Source: a virus. From it: DNA of 64,000 bases. The notes under the pieces were generated by a model. That model was not told the DNA's origin. It ran no database searches and worked only from the letters and a program-made list of their open reading frames with translations. Shown here piece by piece: positions 28,734 through 39,103 of this stretch (position 1 is the first letter of the stretch; the number at the start of each line of letters is the position of its first letter). The DNA lies in IMG/VR virus record IMGVR_UViG_3300023174_009221; one strand, written 5' to 3'. Made by a program: the position numbers and the translations under genes.

Positions 28734-29366
28734 TTATTTTTTGATTTTACAAGGACTACCCCAAGCAACAACACCATCTGGTATATCCCTTGTGACTATT
28801 GAACCGGCTCCGATAACTACGTTTTTGCCGATAGTTACACCATTTAATATTTGACTACCCATTCCGATAGTGGTTGATTCACCGATGTAACAATGACCTG
28901 CTATATTACATCCGGGGTTGATAGAAACATAGTCAGAAATTTGAGTGTGGTGACCAATTGAAGAATTTCTATTGACTGAAACAAAATTACCTAAAGTTGT
29001 TTGAGCAGCAATTGAAACTCCGCAATTTATAAGACAACCCTTACCTAATTGCGATGTTTTAGAAATGTTGAATCCGTTGTGTATAACGCTGATAAATCTA
29101 TCGCTATCATAAATTTGTAAACTTTCAATAATCTTTTTTTTAAACTCTGGCTTATAAAGACCAAGAATCCAACTATTATAATCAAAAATATTAAGTTTAC
29201 TTAGAAAATTTAATCTAAAATCAGGATGTTCTACTTTAGATATTATTGGCAAGTCTAAATTGTTAAATATAGTAATGTCTTCAGAAATTCCAGAAGAGCT
29301 CAAGTTGTCCAATATCATTGTGATGATATCTTCTCCTTTACCTAATATGAGTAAATCTGTTTTCAT
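28734..29366 (-). CDS. NeuD/PglD-type sugar acetyltransferase
   Basis: Hexapeptide repeats, SIGHH, IGAGSIVTRDIP...GSPCK. Confidence 0.85.
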   Translation of the reverse strand: MKTDLLILGKGEDIITMILDNLSSSGISEDITIFNNLDLPIISKVEHPDFRLNFLSKLNIFDYNSWILGLYKPEFKKKIIESLQIYDSDRFISVIHNGFNISKTSQLGKGCLINCGVSIAAQTTLGNFVSVNRNSSIGHHTQISDYVSINPGCNIAGHCYIGESTTIGMGSQILNGVTIGKNVVIGAGSIVTRDIPDGVVAWGSPCKIKK

Positions 29367-30171
29367 ATCCTAAATTTCTAAATTCTTTCGAGGTCATTGT
29401 TGATAAATCCAATTGTTTCATAATTATATGAATTCTTTTAATTAAATCTGAATTAGTTGCTTTTTCACCCCGTCTAAAAAGAAGATTATCTTCTAAACCT
29501 ATTCTAATTCCATCAAAATCAATTAGGCCGTAAATATTACTCCTTAATTGTTGACTTGCGATACCACCAACAGTTGTTATACAATTTGTAGGTAAAGAAC
29601 TTTTTATATTAGCAACTGAGAAAATGTCTGACTGACAGTTGTAGAGATTTCCCAAAATTACGTTAAAATAATAAGGGGGCTTTACCAACCCCCTTTTAAT
29701 TAGGTTGTTTGCCATATTAATCATCCCAGTATCAAAACATTCAAGTTCAGCAATCACACCCCACTTATTCATTTGTTCAATAAGTGACAAAATCATTTCC
29801 GGTTGATTGATCGATGCACCAGTTTGAAAATTCAAAGATGATAGTGTAAGCGATGCCATATCAGGCCTTAGTTGTAAAACTTCAGACCTTTTTTCTAATT
29901 CAGGAAAATTCCTACCAGATAATGAAACACAAATTACAAGTTCTGGGCAAAATTTTCTAATACCTTCTACAATTTTTGAAAAATGTTCCACTTTGTAAGT
30001 ATTTTGTAGATTCTCATCTCTTGCATGGAGATGAACTAAAGTTATACCTAATTCATTTGCCTCCACAACAGATTCTATAATTTCGGTTGAAGATAACGGA
30101 GCAAGCGAGTTTTGTCTGGTTGTTTGTGTACCAGTAGGAGTGAAATTAATTATTTTCGCCGAAGAACTCAA
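29338..30171 (-). CDS. Beta-keto acid cleavage enzyme (BKACE/Kce, DUF849)
   Basis: INFTPTG, VHLHARD, PDMASL, ELECFD, RIGLEDN. Confidence 0.9.
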   Translation of the reverse strand: MSSSAKIINFTPTGTQTTRQNSLAPLSSTEIIESVVEANELGITLVHLHARDENLQNTYKVEHFSKIVEGIRKFCPELVICVSLSGRNFPELEKRSEVLQLRPDMASLTLSSLNFQTGASINQPEMILSLIEQMNKWGVIAELECFDTGMINMANNLIKRGLVKPPYYFNVILGNLYNCQSDIFSVANIKSSLPTNCITTVGGIASQQLRSNIYGLIDFDGIRIGLEDNLLFRRGEKATNSDLIKRIHIIMKQLDLSTMTSKEFRNLGYENRFTHIR

Positions 30172-31108
30172 TTAGTGAATATTTTTTTATTGAATTTTTA
30201 AAATCTTCTGTTATATCAAAATCAGTAGGAGTAGTTGTGTCAATAGTTAAACTCAAATTCTGAATACTTTCAATATCACCAATTTCAACTATCCGATATT
30301 CGTTAACCTCAACAATTTCTCTAATAATAAACTGATTGAATTTTAATTTTATCTCTCGAGAACTATTAAATAAATTTAGATAGAAAAAATAAATTTTATT
30401 ATCTGATTGATTATAACAAAAACACCAGTTCAAATTTTGTGAAGGAAATTTTTTTGTTTCTACTTTCTCTTTGACGATACTACTATCGATAAAAAGGGGC
30501 TTTCCTGCTTTTTGAAAAATATATTTAGTAAATATTTCTAAAGGGTTCAGATTATTTTCTTTGATTAATTTTGTCATCACCGACCTATTGTAATTTGCAA
30601 ATAAATAGGGTAGACTATGCACTCTAAACGATTTAAGACCACCTAATATCATATCTGAATTGTGTTTTAGAGTATAAAAAACAGAGTCATAATTCTCTAA
30701 AAATATTTTATGATTGTAAAAAATAGAATTATCTTTGATAACGTAGTCATATTCAACATGATAGATTCTTTCATAATTATATATCTTTGCTAAGTTAGAA
30801 ATAGCAGAAAACATTCTATAGATAGAAAACCCATAAAATGGTGTTTTCTTTAATAATTTTGTTTTAAGAAGATGAGTTTTAGAGACATGGTATTCAAAAT
30901 GTTTAAGCTCAATGTCATCTGAAAGTTCATTTAAGTGGTCAAAAATATAATAATGACATTTTTGTTGTATTTCAAGTGGTATATGGCTATGACTTATTAA
31001 GGCAATATCAAAATTGTCTCGGGGTAGACTATCAACGCATTCTGATAACCTATCCAGTTGTTCTTTCGTTGGACAATAAGCCGTTACAAAAATTAAATCT
31101 CTATTCAC
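30146..31108 (-). CDS. Glycosyltransferase-like protein
   Basis: VTAYCP, LISHS, YHVEYDY (DxD-like); co-transcribed with a sugar acetyltransferase. Confidence 0.5.
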   Translation of the reverse strand: MNRDLIFVTAYCPTKEQLDRLSECVDSLPRDNFDIALISHSHIPLEIQQKCHYYIFDHLNELSDDIELKHFEYHVSKTHLLKTKLLKKTPFYGFSIYRMFSAISNLAKIYNYERIYHVEYDYVIKDNSIFYNHKIFLENYDSVFYTLKHNSDMILGGLKSFRVHSLPYLFANYNRSVMTKLIKENNLNPLEIFTKYIFQKAGKPLFIDSSIVKEKVETKKFPSQNLNWCFCYNQSDNKIYFFYLNLFNSSREIKLKFNQFIIREIVEVNEYRIVEIGDIESIQNLSLTIDTTTPTDFDITEDFKNSIKKYSLIEFFGENN

Positions 31109-31499
31109 TGAATAATTTCTTTAATTTAATATCTCTTTCAACTACCGATTTTTTATTAGAACCATAAACCCCTTTATAAGAAAATGTTAATTTACAGTCC
31201 CATTTATCCACGTTTCTTACATTATACCCAAGAAAGTCTTTATCCTTTTCTATTTTTTTATCAATCAATTTACAACCTTCAAAAACCCACCAATAGTAAT
31301 TAGATTTTGAAACGTATATATTTTCCGGGACTTCTTTAATATGTTGTAGAAATTCTAAGTCATCTCCGAATTTTTCAATGTTATCATAAATATAATAACA
31401 GAGATCCAAAGTAATTGTATCTCTTTTTTTTAATTGAGAGATTTTTTCAGGAAACCCCCAATTTAATCCAATTTTTTTATCATCTAAATATACATCCAT
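31101..31499 (-). CDS. Hypothetical protein with C-terminal RDIKLKKL motif
   Basis: 132-aa ORF in operon. Confidence 0.7.
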   Translation of the reverse strand: MDVYLDDKKIGLNWGFPEKISQLKKRDTITLDLCYYIYDNIEKFGDDLEFLQHIKEVPENIYVSKSNYYWWVFEGCKLIDKKIEKDKDFLGYNVRNVDKWDCKLTFSYKGVYGSNKKSVVERDIKLKKLFSE

Positions 31500-31500
31500 T

Positions 31501-31917
31501 CTATCCGACTAATTTATCTAAATTTTTATTTCTATTTATAATGTTGTCGCCACCAAGTAGTTTCTTTACAGATTCCACTCCGAACTTATATGTTGTTTTT
31601 GAATTCAGGTCGATTGCAATTACTGGGTATTTTCTATTTTTTGTTTTAATGTCAGTAATTTCGTATTTGCTACCTCGATATGTAAATTCCATTCCGATAA
31701 CATTTTGCGTAAACCCAATAGATTTACAAGTCCTTTCCATAATACCGTCAATTTTATCATTCTTTTCTAAAGTCTTTACAACAAAGGAATTTTGATATCT
31801 TTGAGCCGTAAAGGAAATAGAACCGAATTCAAATTTGACATTTTCTTCCGTCTCAATATGAGCAACTGCCGCTTTAATCTTTTCTTGAATTCTAAGCACT
31901 TTATCTCTTGTTATCAT
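31501..31917 (-). CDS. Hypothetical protein with C-terminal RNKNLDKL motif
   Basis: 138 aa; KNRKYPVI motif. Confidence 0.7.
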   Translation of the reverse strand: MITRDKVLRIQEKIKAAVAHIETEENVKFEFGSISFTAQRYQNSFVVKTLEKNDKIDGIMERTCKSIGFTQNVIGMEFTYRGSKYEITDIKTKNRKYPVIAIDLNSKTTYKFGVESVKKLLGGDNIINRNKNLDKLVG

Positions 31918-31924
31918 AGTTATT

Positions 31925-32113
31925 TTAATCTAGTGAATCTTTAGCTGCTTGATATTGTTTTTCTGAAAGAAATTTAAGACTGCGGCCAGCGACCTCTACT
32001 TTTTCTAAGTATTTTGAGGTTTTGAGTTGTTTTTTTAAGGAAAGAAGAAAAGTATTATCCCCAGTATATGCTCTTAGTTTTTTGTTGAGTTCGATTTTCT
32101 CTGTGATGTCCAT
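31925..32113 (-). CDS. Hypothetical protein
   Basis: YTGDNTFLLSLK...LSEKQ; host-type promoter upstream. Confidence 0.65.
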   Translation of the reverse strand: MDITEKIELNKKLRAYTGDNTFLLSLKKQLKTSKYLEKVEVAGRSLKFLSEKQYQAAKDSLD

Positions 32114-32130
32114 ATTAAATTAACTTTCTA

Positions 32131-32162
32131 CAAATATAATGTTATTATCAGTAATTTTCAAA
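32131..32162 (-). promoter_or_regulatory. Bacteroidota sigma-A-type promoter
   Basis: TATATTTG at 32131-32138 and TTTG at 32159-32162, 20-nt spacer. Confidence 0.6.
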
Positions 32163-32225
32163 TTTTAATCAAAAAAACTTTATCCCCAAATTATCATATA
32201 AAATAAAAAAAAATATTAAATAGAT

Positions 32226-32717
32226 ATGGAAATAACTCTACAGGCCGACGAGCTGATAAAAAGGTGCGTCTGGGACAACTATGTATATTACGTTGTTGGA
32301 TCAGAAAAGGAATCGGAAAAAATACTAAAAGAAAATCAAATCATCAAACTCTCTGAAAGAGATGCGCTCGTTATAGGTTTACTTAAAGTAATTGAAACCG
32401 ATAATTTAATTCATAAGTTCAATACCTACGTAGTTGAAATTCTATCCAATAAATCGATACAATCACCTCAAAAAGAGTATCTTTTAATTAGAAAAAAAAC
32501 TTTTGATGCAGCGGTGGATAAATTTTTAGATAAATTTCCAAGCTATTGGCAACCTACAACTTCTTGGAGTATCGCACTTAAAGAACTTAAAATCTGTATA
32601 GATGAAATAAAAAATGAATTAGAAAAATTAGAAATTCACAAAATTGTTGATAAAAACATAACCTATGAATTTTATAACTCTAACAATATAAAAAAACTAC
32701 TCAAATTTAATTACTAA
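32226..32717 (+). CDS. Hypothetical protein
   Basis: 163-aa ORF, first gene of the grpE operon. Confidence 0.7.
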   Translation: MEITLQADELIKRCVWDNYVYYVVGSEKESEKILKENQIIKLSERDALVIGLLKVIETDNLIHKFNTYVVEILSNKSIQSPQKEYLLIRKKTFDAAVDKFLDKFPSYWQPTTSWSIALKELKICIDEIKNELEKLEIHKIVDKNITYEFYNSNNIKKLLKFNY

Positions 32718-32719
32718 TC

Positions 32720-33205
32720 ATGACTGAAAAGAAAAATAAAAAATCTAAAACCGAAAACATCACTCAGACCACTGACTCATCTGAAACAATATCAACCTTA
32801 GAATCAAGTTTAAGAGAATCTACCGAGAAATATTTACGGCTTTCTGCCGAATTTGAAAACTATAAAAAAAGGGTTCAAAAAGAAAAAGAAGAGTTAGTCA
32901 ATGGCACAAAGGTTAAAATGCTGCAATCAATTCTTGATATGGATAATGATTTAAGTTATGCCGTAAAATCTTCTAAAGAGGTAGGAAGTGGTCTAAAATT
33001 AATTATCACCAAGTTAGACACCTTTTTAAAATCTCAAGGTATAGAACCTATTCAAACCGAAACTTATGACGAAGAATTACATGAAGTTCTTTCTATTATA
33101 AAAAGCGATAAATCAGGAATAGTAGATGTGGTAAGCAAAGGCTACACCTTAAACGGTAAACCTTTTAGATATCCTAAAATAATTTTATCTCAAGGTGAAC
33201 AGTAA
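32720..33205 (+). CDS. grpE: Nucleotide exchange factor GrpE
   Basis: YLRLSAEFENYKKR, YDEELHE, KGYTLNGKPFRYPKI. Confidence 0.92.
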   Translation: MTEKKNKKSKTENITQTTDSSETISTLESSLRESTEKYLRLSAEFENYKKRVQKEKEELVNGTKVKMLQSILDMDNDLSYAVKSSKEVGSGLKLIITKLDTFLKSQGIEPIQTETYDEELHEVLSIIKSDKSGIVDVVSKGYTLNGKPFRYPKIILSQGEQ

Positions 33206-33779
33206 ACCAAGTTTCTTTGAGATTCACAAAAACGAATCTTATAAAAATGCCCTAATTGATTCATTGACTGGCGGAATTACCGACCAGTGGATGGATTATT
33301 TTGAAATGACCTTAAATTATGTCATTTCTGAAAAGTATCATCTTTTTAATAGGAAAGAATTTTTAGGCTCATTCTACGAAGATGAAGATGAAACTCTGGA
33401 CTTAATTCTACCCACAATTAGAAGAGTTTTTGCAAAAGTTTTTGTAAGTCCACCAGGAATTTTTAGCTCACATGAGACTATACTTTCACTGATGGGTAAT
33501 ACGGGTCAAGAAAATAATTCTAAAGATTATAAATCCGACGCAAGACTGGAACTTTTTAGATTACACTATGACATTGATGAATTTATTGACTATTTAATAG
33601 AAAAATTATTAGAAAACAAAAATTGTCTTAGTAAATTTGAAAATATAGACAAGACCTCGACAACATTAGAAATTATTGTTGATAATTACATTGGAAAATT
33701 AGTAAAGTTGGTATCAGAATCTGAAAATATCTCAGAAGAAATCAGAGACTTAAAGTTAAAAAGAACCATAAAGCAGTGA
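33195..33779 (+). CDS. Hypothetical protein with C-terminal RDLKLKRTI motif
   Basis: 194-aa ORF in operon. Confidence 0.65.
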   Translation: MNSKPSFFEIHKNESYKNALIDSLTGGITDQWMDYFEMTLNYVISEKYHLFNRKEFLGSFYEDEDETLDLILPTIRRVFAKVFVSPPGIFSSHETILSLMGNTGQENNSKDYKSDARLELFRLHYDIDEFIDYLIEKLLENKNCLSKFENIDKTSTTLEIIVDNYIGKLVKLVSESENISEEIRDLKLKRTIKQ

Positions 33780-34090
33780 CAGATTGGTATATTGAAATAT
33801 CTGAATCGGCTCCTCTAAACTTTAAGAGCGATGATTATCTAGCAGGGGTGATAGACACAGCTAAACCATTTATGGATTACTTTTGTGAAAGGTTAACAGA
33901 GTTAAGTGATTGGAAATTAGAAGAAGCACATAGAATATTTAAAGAGATTATAGAAGAAATGCCAATTATGAGCTCGACAATTTCTGAAAATGAATTTTGG
34001 ATTAATTACAATAAGTGGGTTACAATTAGACTAACTGAAACCACTCAACAGATATATAGAGATTCCAAAATAAAACAAATATTGGCATAA
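33776..34090 (+). CDS. Hypothetical protein with C-terminal RDSKIKQIL motif
   Basis: 104-aa ORF in operon. Confidence 0.65.
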   Translation: MTDWYIEISESAPLNFKSDDYLAGVIDTAKPFMDYFCERLTELSDWKLEEAHRIFKEIIEEMPIMSSTISENEFWINYNKWVTIRLTETTQQIYRDSKIKQILA

Positions 34091-34111
34091 AAATTGACAA
34101 ATTAATAAATT

Positions 34112-35182
34112 ATGAATAAAGACTATTATAACATTTTAGGAGTTGATCGAGGTGCTACTGAAGAAGAAATCAAAAAGGCTTACAGAAAATCAGCGCTTCA
34201 ATACCACCCAGACCGTAATCCAGATAATCCTGAAGCCGAATCAAAATTTAAAGAAGCAGCCGAAGCGTATGATGTTCTTTCAAATCCAGAAAAGAAATCA
34301 AACTACGACAAATTTGGAACTGCTGATCCAAATCCATTTGGCGCAGGCGGTAATCCATTTGGCGGATTTGGCCACGGCTTTTCAATGGATGATATCTTTT
34401 CACAATTTGGTGATATATTCGGTGGTGGATTTGGAAATTCAAGACAAAAAAAGACCAGAAGAGGTGGTGATTTAAGATTAAAGGTAAATTTGACAATTTC
34501 TGAAATTTTGACAGGTTGTAAAAAGAAAGTTAAATATAGAAGGCAAAAAAATTGTGAGTCTTGTAACGGAAATGGCGGATCTGATGTTAGAGATTGCTTA
34601 CCCTGTTCAGGTAGGGGAACTAGAATTGTAATTCAAAATACACCGTTTGGTCAAATGAGACACGAAAGCACTTGTCCGGATTGCGGAGGCAATGGAAAAA
34701 AAGTTGCCAAAATTTGTCAACAATGTCAAGGCGAAGGTACAAGATCAGTCGAACAAGTAGTAGATATTGACATACCAGCAGGAGTTTCAAGTGGTATGGC
34801 ACTTTCAATGCGTGGATATGGAAACGACATTAAGGGTGGAATACCGGGTGATCTGCAAGTGATTATAGAGGAGCTAAGAGAATTTTGGTTTCAGAGAGAC
34901 GGTGGCAATTTAATAGTCGAAAAAGAGATATCAGTAATAGACGCAATCGTTGGGTCACATATTAAAGTCAAAACACCACACGGAATGATACCAATTACAA
35001 TTGAACCAGGGACCACACACGGTAAATCAATTCGAGTTAGACAAAAAGGTGTCAATGATATAAACTTAGGATTAGGTGATTTAATTGTTAATATTAAAAT
35101 ACACATCCCAAACAACATCACACTTGAAGAAAAATACCTCCTACAAAAACTACAAACATCAAGAAATTTTGTAGTCGAATAA
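34112..35182 (+). CDS. dnaJ: Chaperone DnaJ
   Basis: J domain with HPD, G/F region, four CxxCxGxG repeats. Confidence 0.97.
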   Translation: MNKDYYNILGVDRGATEEEIKKAYRKSALQYHPDRNPDNPEAESKFKEAAEAYDVLSNPEKKSNYDKFGTADPNPFGAGGNPFGGFGHGFSMDDIFSQFGDIFGGGFGNSRQKKTRRGGDLRLKVNLTISEILTGCKKKVKYRRQKNCESCNGNGGSDVRDCLPCSGRGTRIVIQNTPFGQMRHESTCPDCGGNGKKVAKICQQCQGEGTRSVEQVVDIDIPAGVSSGMALSMRGYGNDIKGGIPGDLQVIIEELREFWFQRDGGNLIVEKEISVIDAIVGSHIKVKTPHGMIPITIEPGTTHGKSIRVRQKGVNDINLGLGDLIVNIKIHIPNNITLEEKYLLQKLQTSRNFVVE

Positions 35183-35233
35183 CTGAAATTTTCTATTGCT
35201 AGATTTAATATATAGATTAAATATATTAAAGTC

Positions 35234-36034
35234 ATGGCAGATACCAATGGATATGATGACGTGTATGTACCTTATCAAGGAGGCTACACAATCGAAGAAT
35301 TTATAGACCAAATTCAAACTGAGTTAACTATTGCTTGTGCACTTCCAAAGACACTACCAGACGCATCAATAAGACAAATCATCGAAAATAAATGCTTACC
35401 TTATTTTTATCGCAGATATCAATATGCGGTTCAAAAAATGTATTTTTTAATTCAAAAGGAAGCCTTTTTCACCGAAGAGTTCACCAGATATAATTATGTT
35501 AATGTCCCATGTGAGATACAATCAGTCATCTATCTCTATGAAGTCAGAGGGGCTTCTTTGTTTCAATTGGGTATAAACACGCCAAATCTTTCGGTAAACT
35601 TGGGGGTAACAAACCAACCTTACCTATCATCTTATGTGACAACAATTGGAGAATTAGGGGTTTATAAAACCTTATTAGACAATATGTCAGATATGTTAAA
35701 CCAGTTAAACAAATATACACTGAAGCATCACTTTAATCAGCTAAATCACAGGATTCATATTTTAACAAATGTAAACTATGATGTAATTATGGAGGCTTAC
35801 GCTAATATACCAAGAGAGAATTTATTCAAAGATGATCTTTTTTACAGACATGTTTTAGGAAATTCAAAAATTATGTTAGGGAACTTAGTAGGCAGATATG
35901 ACTTCACGCTTCCCGGTTCGGTGAAGATAAATGCGGCTGATTTAGTAACTCAAGGAAAAGAAGATGTTCAGGCAGTTGAAGATGAAATAAAAGGCCAATC
36001 AGATTCGGCTTGGTTCTATTTAGTGAAAAAATAA
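35234..36034 (+). CDS. Neck/head-completion protein (T4 gp13-like)
   Basis: C-terminal LGNLVGRYDFTLPGSVKINA resembles the gp13 LPGGV motif; late motif at 35207. Confidence 0.6.
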   Translation: MADTNGYDDVYVPYQGGYTIEEFIDQIQTELTIACALPKTLPDASIRQIIENKCLPYFYRRYQYAVQKMYFLIQKEAFFTEEFTRYNYVNVPCEIQSVIYLYEVRGASLFQLGINTPNLSVNLGVTNQPYLSSYVTTIGELGVYKTLLDNMSDMLNQLNKYTLKHHFNQLNHRIHILTNVNYDVIMEAYANIPRENLFKDDLFYRHVLGNSKIMLGNLVGRYDFTLPGSVKINAADLVTQGKEDVQAVEDEIKGQSDSAWFYLVKK

Positions 36035-36061
36035 ACATTATCAACATCTAAAATAAAATAA

Positions 36062-36637
36062 ATGTCGATGAGATATTTATTCATAATATTGATAGCGACA
36101 CTTTGTGTGTCCCAGGTTTTTTCTAAGCCACCAGATTCATTAAAGACAGAAGACTCAATCTTAGAAATTGCAGTTGTTAAGGAGTTAAATCAGCTTAGAA
36201 GTCAAAATAATTTGTCTAATTTTGTTTTTTCTAAAACATTAAAGCAGTGGATATCAGATTCAATAACTGATTACAACATCAGATATGGCGTCAATAAATA
36301 CTTTTTGATAAATGGAATAAATGACAGCGTCAATAATCTACTATTAACTGAACTCCAAAACTCGGTAAAAAAGAATCCGCTATTTTCAGAAATAACTGAT
36401 GTTTTTATTGATCGACATTATGAAATGATTCTGCTGTTAAAATCACCGACTGCGGCCAAGATATCTGACGAATGGATTGTAAATCAACTTTTATCACATA
36501 TCAATTACTTAGATATTTTTAGATTGAAATTATTAGACCACTACGGAAATCCGGCACTTATTTCCTGTTCAATAAAACGAGAGGGAAAAAATCAACTGTC
36601 TGTAGCAATAAATATAGTTGTCTTGGGTTATTACTAA
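36062..36637 (+). CDS. Secreted/membrane protein, CAP-domain-like
   Basis: Signal peptide; ELNQLRSQNNL. Confidence 0.5.
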   Translation: MSMRYLFIILIATLCVSQVFSKPPDSLKTEDSILEIAVVKELNQLRSQNNLSNFVFSKTLKQWISDSITDYNIRYGVNKYFLINGINDSVNNLLLTELQNSVKKNPLFSEITDVFIDRHYEMILLLKSPTAAKISDEWIVNQLLSHINYLDIFRLKLLDHYGNPALISCSIKREGKNQLSVAINIVVLGYY

Positions 36638-36667
36638 AACAATTTACGATAATTTTATATAAGATTT

Positions 36668-37291
36668 ATGGAAAAAAATTTACACAAATATCAATATAGG
36701 GTTAGTAAAAAAGAAAGGCAAAATAAATACGGTCAACTTTCACCTGTGTTATGGTTTACCGGACTATCAGGCTCAGGTAAATCAACAATAGCCAATGGAG
36801 TAGAGTCAAAACTTTTTGAATTGGGTTATAAAACTTATGTACTCGACGGAGACAACATTAGAATGGGTCTTAATAAAGATCTTGGATTTTCAAATGAAGA
36901 CCGAAAAGAAAATATTAGAAGAATTTCAGAAGTCGCACAGCTTTTTTCAGATTCTGGAACACTAACTCTAACTGCCTTTATTTCACCATTTATCGAAGAT
37001 AGGGATCAAGCCAGAGAAATTATTGGAACTAATTTTATTGAAATATATGTTAGCGCCTCACTTCAAAGCTGCGAGTCAAGAGACCCAAAAGGGCTCTATA
37101 AAAAAGCTCGACTTGGTGAAATTAAAAACTTTACCGGAATTGACTCACCGTATCAGGCACCCGATTCACCGGAGATTGTTATAGATACAGACACCCTAAC
37201 AATTGAACAATCAGTTGATTTAGTTATCGAATACTTAGTTAATCAAAAAATAATCAAAAATTTAAAAATTACAGAAAATGGAATGGTCTAA
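36668..37291 (+). CDS. cysC: Adenylyl-sulfate (APS) kinase
   Basis: [37 protein letters not shown]. Confidence 0.96.
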   Translation: MEKNLHKYQYRVSKKERQNKYGQLSPVLWFTGLSGSGKSTIANGVESKLFELGYKTYVLDGDNIRMGLNKDLGFSNEDRKENIRRISEVAQLFSDSGTLTLTAFISPFIEDRDQAREIIGTNFIEIYVSASLQSCESRDPKGLYKKARLGEIKNFTGIDSPYQAPDSPEIVIDTDTLTIEQSVDLVIEYLVNQKIIKNLKITENGMV

Positions 37292-37748
37292 AATTAATCA
37301 CGGTGGTCAGCCCACTAACAACCCAGATAAAAAAAGAGCAATTTTTATTGGTAGATACCAACCTTATCACTGGGGTCATATCGAACTAGTAAATCAAAAA
37401 TTAAATGCTGGAGTTGCGGTTTTAATTATGGTAAGAGACATTGAACCAGATGAAAAAAATCCGTTCACAACTCAACAAACTTGTGATATGATTAAAAAGT
37501 ATCACAAATCAAAAGGAGATGATGTTGAAGTTATGATAATTCCTGATATAGAATCAGTTAATTATGGCAGAGGAGTTGGTTATGAAATTAATGAATTCAC
37601 ACCACCAGACAATATTGGATTTATCTCTGCCACTAAAATTAGAGACTCGATAAAATTAGGAGATGACAATTGGAAGCAAATGGTTGATGATTCAATACAG
37701 GGGGACATTGTGAATTACTTAATGTCTTCTGAAAGTCAAACTATTTAA
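37278..37748 (+). CDS. HxGH nucleotidyltransferase (cytidyltransferase-like), possible minimal ATP sulfurylase
   Basis: [29 protein letters not shown]. Confidence 0.75.
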   Translation: MEWSKINHGGQPTNNPDKKRAIFIGRYQPYHWGHIELVNQKLNAGVAVLIMVRDIEPDEKNPFTTQQTCDMIKKYHKSKGDDVEVMIIPDIESVNYGRGVGYEINEFTPPDNIGFISATKIRDSIKLGDDNWKQMVDDSIQGDIVNYLMSSESQTI

Positions 37749-37772
37749 TAATTTTTTTACCACCTTAAATCA

Positions 37773-38219
37773 ATGTCTAAAAAAGAGAACAAAACATATC
37801 AAATTAGGTTTAACACTAATTCAAAAGACGATTCATCGAGATGGCGTTTAATTGAAAATGGAAAAGAAATTATAGTCGGTGATATCATAGTTGATGGTCA
37901 TACTAAAACGACTAAGGATTGGATCGAAGAAATTGGTGATTGGAAGTGGCATATTTCATGCGTTGGTAATTGTGTGATAAAAAATAATGTGGCACATATC
38001 ACAACGATAAAACAAGAATCAACCATTGTTAGGCATATCTTAAAAACAATTTCTTATAGATTTGTTGGAACAATCACCACTGTTTCTGTTGCCTACTCAC
38101 TTGGGGCTTCTATTGAAATGTCTTCGCTTTTAGGAGTTGGTGAATTAGTTCTAAAGCCGGTCCTTTATTTTTTACACGAAAGAGTTTGGTATAAATACCT
38201 TTCAATAAAGAAAAAGTAA
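37773..38219 (+). CDS. Protein with C-terminal DUF2061 membrane domain
   Basis: RHILKTISYRFVGT...LYFLHERVW. Confidence 0.75.
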   Translation: MSKKENKTYQIRFNTNSKDDSSRWRLIENGKEIIVGDIIVDGHTKTTKDWIEEIGDWKWHISCVGNCVIKNNVAHITTIKQESTIVRHILKTISYRFVGTITTVSVAYSLGASIEMSSLLGVGELVLKPVLYFLHERVWYKYLSIKKK

Positions 38220-38258
38220 AAAATATAATTTAATATATAAAAAAAATTAAATTATACC

Positions 38259-38726
38259 ATGTCTGATATAAGATCGTCTTTTTACGAAGCAATAAATAAG
38301 GCAAATACACAAAAACCGAAACCTCGTCCAAAAAAAGTTAGACCGGTTGAAAAAATTTCTTTAGAAGAACAAGTTAACCTTATCTTAAACGAATCATATT
38401 CAGCGTTAATAGATACCAGCATTGTTATTAATAACCAACCTCTTATTGATTGGCTTTGGGAAAAAACAAAGCTTGATGAAAAAGAACAACTAAGAAATCA
38501 AAAAATTGAAGAGGAATTAAAATTAATCAACGATCTAAGGGAAGTTGCTAGAAAAGAATGGAGAAACAGAATGAGAATGTTGGAATTTACAGCATTCAAT
38601 CCTTCGGCCGCCGCTGCTGCGGCATCATCTTCGGCTGGTGCGGGTGGAGGCCGATTAGTCATTACCGTTGACCCATCAACTAATACTTATGTAGTCGATG
38701 ATTACGTCGATAATTACCTTGTATAA
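38259..38726 (+). CDS. Hypothetical late protein with Ala/Ser/Gly linker
   Basis: AAAAAASSSAGAGGG; AATATATA at 38232. Confidence 0.65.
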   Translation: MSDIRSSFYEAINKANTQKPKPRPKKVRPVEKISLEEQVNLILNESYSALIDTSIVINNQPLIDWLWEKTKLDEKEQLRNQKIEEELKLINDLREVARKEWRNRMRMLEFTAFNPSAAAAAASSSAGAGGGRLVITVDPSTNTYVVDDYVDNYLV

Positions 38727-38769
38727 ACTCATTACCAAAGTTTTGGTGAATTAAAAATAAATAGTAAAA

Positions 38770-39003
38770 ATGAAAATTACTTTACAAAATCCGAAGAAAG
38801 TTGTTTTACAAGAAGAAAAGAGTAAAACAGTTTCAACACTAACAGTTACAAGAGTGGTTGACTTACCGAAGAAGAAAATTGTAAGAGCATTCGTAGAAGA
38901 AATCGAAGGTCCTATTACACTTTGGGAAGGCGCAGCTTATGATGCAGCTGGCCAGTGGACTGATTCTGATGTTCAAGCTAGACTTACTCAATTGTACTCT
39001 TAA
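38770..39003 (+). CDS. Small hypothetical (possibly virion) protein
   Basis: LWEGAAYDAAGQWTD; followed by a terminator. Confidence 0.7.
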   Translation: MKITLQNPKKVVLQEEKSKTVSTLTVTRVVDLPKKKIVRAFVEEIEGPITLWEGAAYDAAGQWTDSDVQARLTQLYS

Positions 39004-39018
39004 TATTGAAGCACTTTC

Positions 39019-39052
39019 AAAAAAGGGTCTCATTTTTATGAGACCCTTTTTT
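39019..39052 (+). terminator. Intrinsic terminator
   Basis: AAAAAAGGGTCTCAT-loop-ATGAGACCCTTTTTT. Confidence 0.8.
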
Positions 39053-39103
39053 TGTTTTAAACAAATAAATATTCACTTATATAATAATAAAAAAATTAAT
39101 TTA

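Noticed and set aside
38939-39103. N-terminal extension of the GT9-like ORF
   Set aside because: It overlaps the upstream gene and spans a terminator; ATG 39104 is the better start
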